From: a virus
Lineage: Duplodnaviria; Caudoviricetes
Virus record (IMG/VR): IMGVR_UViG_3300025018_000029
Coordinates: 1 to 45,196 of that record
Reading direction: 5' to 3' (one strand)
Length of the DNA: 45,196 nucleotides
The notes under the pieces are model-generated. The model had not been told where the DNA came from. It was given only the letters and a program-made list of their open reading frames with translations, and did no database searches. How positions within the stretch are numbered: position 1 is the stretch's first letter; each line of letters begins with the position of its first letter. Of the stretch, positions 37,664 to 45,196 are shown piece by piece. A program made the position numbers and the translations under genes.

Positions 37664-37908
37664 GCGACAAGAGCGACGGGGGCGTAACCCTCAACGTGAC
37701 ACTGAACGGGCCCATCTTCGGTGTGTTCGCCACGATCTGCGTCTGGGCCATCGGCGCGGGCTTCCTTTGGCTGGCAGTGGTTACAGAAGGTCTGGCATTC
37801 CTCGGCCTCATCATGCTGCTCCTGGCCGGCTGCATCCTCTTCATCTTTGGCTGGGCCACCTGGGAGTTCTACCGCTGGGCAGCCCGTGGCTTCAAGTCTG
37901 GGTGGTGA
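37660..37908 (+). CDS. Small 2-TM membrane protein
   Basis: ATGA coupling; hydrophobic. Confidence 0.65.
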   Translation: MSDKSDGGVTLNVTLNGPIFGVFATICVWAIGAGFLWLAVVTEGLAFLGLIMLLLAGCILFIFGWATWEFYRWAARGFKSGW

Positions 37909-37910
37909 CC

Positions 37911-38090
37911 ATGCCCAGATGGATTGAAGTAGCCCTTTGGGTGATCGCCGGGTGGGTCCTGCTGCTGGTGGCCTTCTTTGGCCTCCTTGCTCTGGCATTC
38001 CTGATAGGCCCATTCGGTCTCGTGCTGGGTGTGACCATGGTGTTTCTCACCTACGTACTCTGGACCCTCGTGGACACCATCATCCCATGA
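37911..38090 (+). CDS. Small 2-TM membrane protein
   Basis: Almost wholly hydrophobic, 59 aa; coupled to the amidase gene. Confidence 0.6.
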   Translation: MPRWIEVALWVIAGWVLLLVAFFGLLALAFLIGPFGLVLGVTMVFLTYVLWTLVDTIIP

Positions 38091-38590
38091 GCCAGATCAA
38101 GTACAAGGCCCGCACGGCGACTACCCGCATCATCCTCCACGACAGCCACACAGTGCCCGGAGAGCCGTGGAAAGCTCTGGCCCGTGATGGCGGCCTCAAG
38201 ATGGGGCTCCTCGGCATCGGCTACCACTTCATCATCGAGCGTGATGGTGGACCGATTGAAACCCGCGAGCGACACCTCATTGGGACCCACACGCCGGGCC
38301 ACAACATGGACTCCATCGGGGTCTGTCTCGTCGGCGGGAGGGACCACTTCCCTATGTCCGGAGGCTTCCAGCCCAGCTTGGAGCACACCGACAACTTCAC
38401 CCTTGAGCAGCGCCACGCCCTGTTCGACCTCGTGCTGGAACTCCGAGCCACCTTCGGCCCGATCCCCCTCCTCGGCCACACCGAGGTCCAGAAGTACCGC
38501 AACCGGAACCTGCCCCCCTGCCCGTGCATCGACATGGACGACCTCAGGCAGGACCTCGAAGTCTACGCCCTCGAAAGGAGCGCTGCATGA
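38087..38590 (+). CDS. N-acetylmuramoyl-L-alanine amidase (gp3.5-like)
   Basis: IILHDSHT, IGYHFIIERDG, GHNMDSIGVCLVGG, LLGH, PCP. Confidence 0.93.
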   Translation: MSQIKYKARTATTRIILHDSHTVPGEPWKALARDGGLKMGLLGIGYHFIIERDGGPIETRERHLIGTHTPGHNMDSIGVCLVGGRDHFPMSGGFQPSLEHTDNFTLEQRHALFDLVLELRATFGPIPLLGHTEVQKYRNRNLPPCPCIDMDDLRQDLEVYALERSAA

Positions 38591-38868
38591 CCAAGACCAC
38601 CTTGAAGGACAGCCTCACCCCCGAGGAAGTCGCCAAGCTCGGGCCCCAAGACCAGCTCGTCCATGAGTACCTGGTGTCGGGCCGTGCGCTCACCACCATG
38701 GTTGCCCTCGTGAACCTCGGCGTTGGTTCCCTGAGCCGCCGCATCACGACGCTACGGAAGGCCGGGCTCAATGTGGTGAAGGAGTGGGGGGAGGATCACT
38801 TCCAGCGCCGGTACAAGAAGTACTCCGTGCCCAAGCCGGCCGAGGGTGAGGAGAAGGACCATGCGTGA
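38587..38868 (+). CDS. Winged HTH protein (HTH_39-like)
   Basis: YLVSGRALTTMVAL..GVGSLSRRITTLRKAG..YKKY pattern. Confidence 0.7.
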   Translation: MTKTTLKDSLTPEEVAKLGPQDQLVHEYLVSGRALTTMVALVNLGVGSLSRRITTLRKAGLNVVKEWGEDHFQRRYKKYSVPKPAEGEEKDHA

Positions 38869-39193
38869 GTTCTTCGATCCCCAGCCCATTCAGCTCGACC
38901 GGCGGGAATACGACTACCACACCACGCCGGTAACCTGTTCCACCGAGGTAAAGTCCCACGACAAGATCATGGACGAGATTGTCTACAACGGGAAGAAGAT
39001 CAGGTCCGCTGGGTTGTCTGGCAGCGTCACGATCACCGTGGAAGGCCGGGACGATTACCGGAAGCATGTCCGGGGCGCCTCACCCTCGGAGGCAGTTCGC
39101 AAGGCCATCGAAGAATACGAGCAGCACCTCCTCTATGTGAAGGACACGGCTGACCTCCTCCAGGCCTACCGCGACGGTCGCGTGGTGAACTAA
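38861..39193 (+). CDS. Hypothetical protein
   Basis: RBS GGAG/AAGGA; 110 aa. Confidence 0.7.
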   Translation: MREFFDPQPIQLDRREYDYHTTPVTCSTEVKSHDKIMDEIVYNGKKIRSAGLSGSVTITVEGRDDYRKHVRGASPSEAVRKAIEEYEQHLLYVKDTADLLQAYRDGRVVN

Positions 39194-39195
39194 CC

Positions 39196-39339
39196 ATGGA
39201 CCTCTCAGGCCTCAACATCATCGTCTACCTTGCGGGGTTCTTCACCCTGCTGCTCGGCTATTGGTTCGGCCGCTTTGTCCAGAAGCGTTGGCCGCACCGT
39301 CACCTACGCCCGTGGAAATGGCGTGACCGTCGCCCCTAA
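39196..39339 (+). CDS. 47-aa membrane peptide with basic tail
   Basis: Translates MDLSGLNIIVYLAGFFTLLLGYWFGRFVQKRWPHRHLRPWKWRDRRP; fills the gap. Confidence 0.55.
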   Translation: MDLSGLNIIVYLAGFFTLLLGYWFGRFVQKRWPHRHLRPWKWRDRRP

Positions 39340-39366
39340 CCCCCCCCCTCAACAAGGAACTGACAC

Positions 39367-40248
39367 ATGAAGACCTGGCTCCTAGCCGCGCTCTTTGCGC
39401 TCACTGCTGCCTTCTCGATCACCTCACCGACCATCGCCCAGGACGCTACCATCCGCATCTGCACCGGGGGCGAGACTGGCAAGTATTACCAGACGGCGGC
39501 CGAGATTGGCGCCCAGCTCAAGGGCTCCCTCAAGGTCGAAGTCATCCCGACCAATGGCTCGCTCGACAACTTCCAGCAACTCTCCAGCGGGACCTGTGAC
39601 GCTGCCATCGTGCAGTCCGATGCCTACGGTATCTTCACGGCCACCAACCCAGCGGCGCGGCTCAACGTCGAGCGTGTGGTCCCGCTGTACGATGAGTATG
39701 TCCATCTGGTCTGCAATCGGAACGCCGGCATCCACACTGTGCGGGACCTCCTGAAGAACACCGAGGCCCGCGTCCTGGTCGGCCCCAATGGCAGCGGCAC
39801 GTCCGTCACCTGGCAGACATGGGGCAAGCAGTCGGAAGGGTACCTCAAGGTTGGCACGGACCCCATTGGTGGAACCCGAGCGATCACCCGCACGGTTGAC
39901 GGCACGGACGCCAAATGTCTGCTCTTCGTGGCCGGCTTGAAGTCTGGGACGATGAACGAGGTCAACGAGCTGGGCCAAGGCACACTGGGTCTTGTGTCCA
40001 TTGACGATGGCTCATTCGATGACGTGAAGGACCCCAAGGGCCAGCAGGTATACCGCTTCGTGGACATCCCCGGCGGCACCTACCCGAACCTCCAGAACTA
40101 CGGAATGTTCGGCGGCCAGTCCAACATCCCGACCCTCGCCATCGGCGCCATCCTCATCGCCAACACGAGTTGGATCGACGCCAACGCCAGTGCCTTCGAC
40201 GCCTTCTCCTCGGCCTCCATCCGGTGGTCCCAGCAGAACGTCAAGTAG
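39367..40248 (+). CDS. TAXI-family TRAP transporter solute-binding protein
   Basis: Signal peptide; ICTGGETGKYY, TNGSLDN, DAAIVQSD, LYDEYVHLV, GPNGSGT, IPGGTYP. Confidence 0.88.
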   Translation: MKTWLLAALFALTAAFSITSPTIAQDATIRICTGGETGKYYQTAAEIGAQLKGSLKVEVIPTNGSLDNFQQLSSGTCDAAIVQSDAYGIFTATNPAARLNVERVVPLYDEYVHLVCNRNAGIHTVRDLLKNTEARVLVGPNGSGTSVTWQTWGKQSEGYLKVGTDPIGGTRAITRTVDGTDAKCLLFVAGLKSGTMNEVNELGQGTLGLVSIDDGSFDDVKDPKGQQVYRFVDIPGGTYPNLQNYGMFGGQSNIPTLAIGAILIANTSWIDANASAFDAFSSASIRWSQQNVK

Positions 40249-40251
40249 GCG

Positions 40252-40452
40252 CTAGTAACCCCGTTGAGCGCGGATACGGGCATCAACCGTGTCCAGCAGC
40301 TCCGGCGTAAGGGGTGAGGGGGCTGCCACCTGTGGCTCCCTCATCTCCTCTAAGGCTGACCGTCCGTAGAGCCCGATGGCTCCGCCGATAAGGACCAGTC
40401 CCACAAGCAGCACCTTGCCGCCGATCCCCTTGGCCATAACCGCTGCGCCCAT
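40252..40452 (-). CDS. Reverse-strand small membrane protein (66 aa)
   Basis: RBS GGAGGG 7 nt before ATG; one TM helix; fills an otherwise empty gap; upstream CTTGAC-N17-CGATAT. Confidence 0.6.
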   Translation of the reverse strand: MGAAVMAKGIGGKVLLVGLVLIGGAIGLYGRSALEEMREPQVAAPSPLTPELLDTVDARIRAQRGY

Positions 40453-40519
40453 AATCATTCCCTCCATGTGTCCCTGCAATATCGGGACCTCCACGCCCAG
40501 CGTCAAGAAGGACAGCCGG

Positions 40520-41185
40520 ATGACCCATCACGCCCCTATTGAGGACCACGCCCGGTACAACGCCGAGATGGCCAAGAGCCTCCCCGACAAGCTGTTCTTC
40601 TTGGACAAGGTGAAGGCGGACGTGTGGGTGGACTTCGGGTGTGGCGATGGGTCGGTGCTGGGTGCCATAGAAGGTGGACTGAAGATAGGCATCGACAGTG
40701 ATGCAGAGCAGCTCGCCCAGTGCATCGTCGCGGGCAACTCCAAGTTCGGCTTCTACGGGTTTGGCGATCTGGCGCCTAAATGGGTAAGACACCTATCCGA
40801 GGGAAAGACCACTGCCGCCATCTTCTCGTCGGTCCTCCACGAGTCCCCCGAGCTTCTCCTCCAGGCCATCGACTTCGGGTTCGACTACATCATCATCCGC
40901 GACATGGCGTTGCTCGACTGCTGGCGCGACCAAGAGCGGGACCTCGCCGCCGCCTTCAAGCTCCCTTACTGGGGCACCCCTTCGTGGGAACGGGAGGTGA
41001 AGGAGGACTACTTCCAGCTCTCCGCCGAGCACGTCCTCCGAGGATGGCCGCTCCGTGGCTACCAGCCAATCTACTTCGAGCACTCCGCCGTGCCGGCCAT
41101 TCAGGACCGCATCGAGCGCGACATCGGGATCAGACCCGAGGCACCCACCCACATCAAGGCAATCTGGAAGAAGGTGACGCCATGA
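40520..41185 (+). CDS. Class I SAM-dependent methyltransferase
   Basis: VDFGCGDG motif I, IGID, FSSVLHE, IIIRD. Confidence 0.82.
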   Translation: MTHHAPIEDHARYNAEMAKSLPDKLFFLDKVKADVWVDFGCGDGSVLGAIEGGLKIGIDSDAEQLAQCIVAGNSKFGFYGFGDLAPKWVRHLSEGKTTAAIFSSVLHESPELLLQAIDFGFDYIIIRDMALLDCWRDQERDLAAAFKLPYWGTPSWEREVKEDYFQLSAEHVLRGWPLRGYQPIYFEHSAVPAIQDRIERDIGIRPEAPTHIKAIWKKVTP

Positions 41186-41475
41186 CCAGCACACGCAGCG
41201 CCAAGGAACTCTGGGACCTCTACGTCAACGAGGAGGTGGAGGAAGTTGTATCGGAGTCGGACAGCTCGTACCGCCACGGCACCTACGAGTATATCGTCCT
41301 GAAGGATGCCGATGGTCGATACTGGGCTGGGCGCTACACCCTGTCCGGCGATGGGGAGCACAACCAGTGGCGTGATGACAACGAGTACATGTCACCGTGG
41401 TCAGAGGTATTCCCGCACAAGGTGGTCAAGGAGGTCACCACCTATCAGGCCCATCCCCAGGTGGTGACGCCATGA
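41182..41475 (+). CDS. Hypothetical protein
   Basis: ATGA coupling at both ends. Confidence 0.7.
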   Translation: MTSTRSAKELWDLYVNEEVEEVVSESDSSYRHGTYEYIVLKDADGRYWAGRYTLSGDGEHNQWRDDNEYMSPWSEVFPHKVVKEVTTYQAHPQVVTP

Positions 41476-41777
41476 TCGGCCACGAGCAGTTCCAAGACAT
41501 GGTGAGGCAGCTCCCGCCAACACGTCCGAGCGACTTCCTGCGCCGGCAGGACTACCACTATGACCGTCACTATGGGTCCGGCGCCAAGCCCTTCAATTAC
41601 TACTTCGAGGCGGCCCACATCCATGCCCCACCGCGCTCCTATGGCCGGCACGATCCCATCGACCGTGAGATGTACCGGACTCGGGTGACCTTCGAGTATG
41701 GCGAGGACTTCGTGAACGGTGCCCCCGTTGGCTACTGGAAGTACTTCGACCTGATGGTGAAGGTGTTTCCGCTGTGA
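41472..41777 (+). CDS. Hypothetical protein
   Basis: ATGA coupling; coupled to the primase GTG. Confidence 0.65.
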   Translation: MIGHEQFQDMVRQLPPTRPSDFLRRQDYHYDRHYGSGAKPFNYYFEAAHIHAPPRSYGRHDPIDREMYRTRVTFEYGEDFVNGAPVGYWKYFDLMVKVFPL

Positions 41778-43486
41778 GTCACGACAACGAGGACCTCGCC
41801 GGGGAAATCATCTCCAAGGGTCCCTGTGGCGACTGTGGGTCTGACGACAACCTCGTGACCTATGGGGACGGGCACCGCTGGTGCTACTCGCCGGGCTGCG
41901 GGAAGAAGACCAGCGTTGAGCTGGATGGCATCACACCCAAAGCGAAGGAGCCCCGCAAGGTGACTGAACCCTCGTCGGCTGTACCCTTCACCACCCAGCA
42001 CATGGCGGAGGGTCTGAAGAAGCGCGGCCTCAAGCTGGAGACCCTCAAGCGCTACGGCTACTTCAACCACAAGGACGGCGGCAAGGTCCTCCAGATCGCC
42101 CCGTACTACAACCAGGCCGGACAGCTAGTCTACCAAAAGTACCGCAACCCCGAGAAGGACTTCTGGTTCACCGAGCTGACAGCGGACGCCCCCAAGGTCA
42201 AGGACCTCCAGCTCTTCGGCCGCCATGTGTTTGGCGAGAAGCATGACCGCAAGGTGGTGGTGACCGAGGGCGAGATTGACGCGATGTCGGTCTATCAGGC
42301 CATGGGCGGCAAGGTCCCCGTGGTGTCGATCATCTCCGGGGCGGACTCGGCGCTAAACAGCCTCAAGGCGAACTACCGCTGGCTGGACCGCTTCGAGGAA
42401 ATCATCCTGTGGTTCGACAATGACGAGCCCGGCCAGAAGCCCATCGCGGAGTGTGCCAACCTCTTCACCCCCGGCAAGGTCAAGACCGTCAAGGTTGAAG
42501 GCTTCAAGGACGCCTCGGACATGCTCCAAGCGGGCAAGGATGGGGATGTCTACTCGGCCGTATGGGGCGCCTCAGTGTGGGCTCCGGCCGGCATCGTGAA
42601 CGCGGCTGACTGTGGGGACGACATGCTGGCTCCGGCCGCCGTGGTCATCGGGCAGTACCCCTTCCCGAAGCTACAGGAAGTCACCCTCGGCATCCTCGAA
42701 CAGGAAGTCGTCTACCATGTGGCCGGCACGGGCGTTGGCAAAACGTCCATGATCGTGGAGCTACAGCACGGGCTCTTGCAGCAGGGCATCAAGTTCGGCG
42801 TCATGCGCTTCGAGGACACCCGCAAGAAGACCCAGTTGGACCTGGTGTCCCGTCACGTAGGCGAGCGCCTACACATCACGCAGCTCACCAAGCCGGACCC
42901 CCAGCGGCTCAGGGCTCTCCACACGGAGGTCTTCGGTGGGGGGTTGGTGGAGCTGTTCGATCCCGAGACGGCCGACTGGTCCTTCGACTCCATCCTCGGC
43001 TACATCCGGTACATGGCCAAGGCGCTCGACTGCAAGGTGATCTTCATTGACCCCTTGTCGTTCATCGTCGCGGCAGTGAACTCGACGGATGAGCGCAAGG
43101 CCCTCGATCATGTGGCCTACAAGTTCGCCCAGATGGTGAAGCAGTCCAACATCAACCTCCAGATCACCCACCACCTCAATCGTGGGGACGGCAAGGCGTT
43201 CGAGGAGGGCGGTGAGATTAGCCTCAAGAACATCCGTGGGTCGGCTGGCATTGCCAACTTCTCCATGGGCGTCTTCGGCTACGAGCGCAACCAGCAGGGG
43301 GACCGCCCTGACCTCACCCGCATCCGTGTCCTCAAGAACCGCTTCGCCGGCTGGACTGGCTTGGCTGACACCTTGAAGTGGAACGAGGAGCGCGGCTCCC
43401 AAGACCCAACAGACGAGCCCTATCCCGACAACAAGGACAGCTCCGAGTTCGGAGCAGTGAGCCCCAACACAATCCAGGAATACTAA
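41774..43486 (+). CDS. Primase/helicase (gp4-like)
   Basis: Zn finger CGDC..C..C, TEGEIDAMS and FDNDEPG TOPRIM motifs, GTGVGKT Walker A, IFID, IRGS, LKNRFAG. Confidence 0.97.
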   Translation: MSHDNEDLAGEIISKGPCGDCGSDDNLVTYGDGHRWCYSPGCGKKTSVELDGITPKAKEPRKVTEPSSAVPFTTQHMAEGLKKRGLKLETLKRYGYFNHKDGGKVLQIAPYYNQAGQLVYQKYRNPEKDFWFTELTADAPKVKDLQLFGRHVFGEKHDRKVVVTEGEIDAMSVYQAMGGKVPVVSIISGADSALNSLKANYRWLDRFEEIILWFDNDEPGQKPIAECANLFTPGKVKTVKVEGFKDASDMLQAGKDGDVYSAVWGASVWAPAGIVNAADCGDDMLAPAAVVIGQYPFPKLQEVTLGILEQEVVYHVAGTGVGKTSMIVELQHGLLQQGIKFGVMRFEDTRKKTQLDLVSRHVGERLHITQLTKPDPQRLRALHTEVFGGGLVELFDPETADWSFDSILGYIRYMAKALDCKVIFIDPLSFIVAAVNSTDERKALDHVAYKFAQMVKQSNINLQITHHLNRGDGKAFEEGGEISLKNIRGSAGIANFSMGVFGYERNQQGDRPDLTRIRVLKNRFAGWTGLADTLKWNEERGSQDPTDEPYPDNKDSSEFGAVSPNTIQEY

Positions 43487-43788
43487 TGGACGAACATCGG
43501 GACAACCTCGCCAAAGAGGTCAAGGCACTACGACAGGAAGTCAACGAGCAGGGGGTCCGCCTCACGCTCGCTCAGGCATGGATCAAGCTCTACCAGTATG
43601 CCTACGACGCGCTCCTCCACTACGGCGTCAACTACCGGAGCCTCAAGGAATTCGGGGAGAATACGCTCGTGGAGGAGGCCATGCAGATGCCCATCACAGC
43701 CGGGCGCAACAAGATCGTTGAGTACCTGGGGAAACTGCAAAATGCCATCCGTGCAGCGGTCAACCGCAAGCAATTCAAAGTCCACTAG
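43486..43788 (+). CDS. Hypothetical protein
   Basis: TAATG coupling; 100 aa. Confidence 0.65.
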   Translation: MDEHRDNLAKEVKALRQEVNEQGVRLTLAQAWIKLYQYAYDALLHYGVNYRSLKEFGENTLVEEAMQMPITAGRNKIVEYLGKLQNAIRAAVNRKQFKVH

Positions 43789-43950
43789 GGCCTGGCTGAA
43801 CTGGTGGGAAATCTCCCCCGTAACTGACCTCACCGTCTACGACCGGGAGCCGGCACCGAGCCTGCTTCTGGATCACCACGGGCGGCCGATACCCAGAGTC
43901 ACCGACACCAAGCAAGGCTTCACCGGCTTCCAACAATTGAAGGAGCGACC

Positions 43951-44755
43951 ATGAAACTTCGCGTCCTCATCTGCATGGAGAACAGCGGGACCTTCCGTCG
44001 AGCGCTTCAGGACCAGGGGCATTATGTGGTCTCGGTGGACTGGCTGCCCTCCACGGACAATGCCGACGAGCTGGAGCCACATGGTGGCCATCTAATGTAC
44101 ACCGAGGTCTTCGAGGTCCTTGAGAAGTTCCCCCTTGGGTTCTTCGACTTCGCCATCTTCCACCCGACCTGTACGCTACACACGGTGGCCGCTGCGTGGG
44201 CCTTTAAGGACCCAGACTTCGAGCGGTACCCCGGCGTTGGTTACCACCAGAGGGTCTCTCCGGGGACCCTTGTGGGTGAAGCGAGGCGGACAGCTCGACT
44301 GGCTGCCGAGGCGGACAGCTCGACTGGCTGCCGAGGCGGAGCTGGAACACATAAAGCTCCTCCCCATCAAGAAGATCATCGAGAACCCCAAGGGCACCAT
44401 CCCGACGCGGACATCCTTCGGGCCGACCATCCAAGTCCTCCAGCCCTACGAGCATGGGGATGACGCCTCCAAGGCGACCTGCATCTGGGCGTTCGATGAG
44501 CATGGCAACCCGATGCCACATGCGGCCATACCCATTGACCCGGCACTGCGTGTGGCCGGGAGGATGGTGGAGTGGCCCAAGGGCTCCGGCAAGCTCAAGG
44601 AACGCTGGGCCAACCAGACGGACTCCGGCCAGAACAACCTCACACCCGGCGCTGACCGTTGGGCGGAGAGGAGCAAGACTTATCCCGGCATCGCCAACGC
44701 GGGTGCCCAACATTGGGGAAACCCTGCCACATGGCACATCAATCGCAGCCCGTAG
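43951..44755 (+). pseudogene. DNA-cytosine-methyltransferase-like gene frameshifted by a 25-bp tandem duplication
   Basis: N-half VLICMENSG..FHPTC; C-half IIENP..QPYEHG..KATCIW..RSKTYPGIA in another frame; removing one repeat copy joins them. Confidence 0.75.
44282..44340 (+). repeat. Perfect tandem duplication (CGAGGCGGACAGCTCGACTGGCTGC) x2 plus CGAGGCGGA
   Basis: Read directly. Confidence 0.95.
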
Positions 44756-45196
44756 GGCGAGAAGAGCCCTCCTTCGACTGGTTCTTCGGTGAGACCCCCA
44801 GAGAGGGACGCCGCCTAGCGTTCGACATCGAGACCGATGGCCTGCTCGACACCGTGTCTGTGACCCACTCGCTCGTCATCAAGGACCTCGATACGGGGGA
44901 GGTGTGGAGCTGTGCCGATCAGCCCGGCTACATGGACATCCAGTCCGGTCTCGACCTTCTCCGAGATGCCGCCATCCTCTACGGCCACAACATCGTGGGC
45001 TATGACATCCCGGTACTCCAGAAGCTCTACCCGAAGTGGGCCTTCAAGGGCATCGCACGGGACACCTTCATGCTCGCCAAGATGATCTGGCCGGTGGACG
45101 CCCTCAAGCAGCTCGACTTCCCAAGGTGGCGCAAGGGGTCTCTCCCCGGCCAGATGATCGGGGCGCACAAGCTGGAGGCGTGGGGCTACCGTCTGG
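44731..45196 (+). CDS. DNA polymerase N-terminal 3'-5' exonuclease part (joins 1..1980)
   Basis: In frame with the ATG at 45070 (= position 1); FDIETDGL (ExoI) and GHNIVGYD (ExoII). Confidence 0.92.
   Translation, partial: MAHQSQPVGREEPSFDWFFGETPREGRRLAFDIETDGLLDTVSVTHSLVIKDLDTGEVWSCADQPGYMDIQSGLDLLRDAAILYGHNIVGYDIPVLQKLYPKWAFKGIARDTFMLAKMIWPVDALKQLDFPRWRKGSLPGQMIGAHKLEAWGYRL

Noticed and set aside
43789-43954. Small ORF ending at the methylase-like start (..LLLDHHGRPIP..)
   Set aside because: Protein-like, but I could not find a convincing start codon and RBS
45070-45196. 127-bp terminal direct repeat as the phage DTR
   Set aside because: It lies inside the DNA polymerase ORF and matches a usual assembler k-mer length; the real ends are probably near 27.6-27.9 kb

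Overview
This window is a complete, circularly permuted genome of a T7-like phage (Autographiviridae-type podovirus), GC-rich, with a likely alphaproteobacterial host. The host is inferred from a CTTGAC-N17-CTATAT promoter, a GAAC-N7-GAAC LexA-type box and a CtrA-like site. Bases 1-127 repeat 45070-45196, an assembly overlap that splits the DNA polymerase gene. The biological left end probably lies in the repeat-rich non-coding region at ~27.1-28.3 kb. From there the order is: early genes; MarR-like wHTH regulator, tyrosine integrase and a full antisense tRNA-Leu(CAA) (probable attP); single-subunit RNA polymerase; SSB, endonuclease I, amidase; accessory genes (TAXI solute-binding protein, one reverse-strand membrane gene, SAM methyltransferase); primase-helicase; a frameshifted cytosine-methylase-like gene; DNA polymerase, HNH, gp5.7-like, exonuclease; portal, scaffold, holin-like gene, capsid, tail, ejection proteins (gp15 carries amidase plus lysozyme domains), a separate lysozyme, tail fibre; terS, an insert containing a stand-alone LigA-Ia-like domain and a NadR-like kinase, and terL. 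The most notable unexplained signal is a 13-bp motif, GCCACWYGRCACA, found about 13 times. It overlaps host-type promoters, the putative phage promoter and key start codons. Together with the wHTH gene, a LexA-like box and the tRNA-attP, it suggests a genome-wide lysogeny control circuit in a T7-like phage. All functional calls come from motif recognition and synteny; no database search was run.
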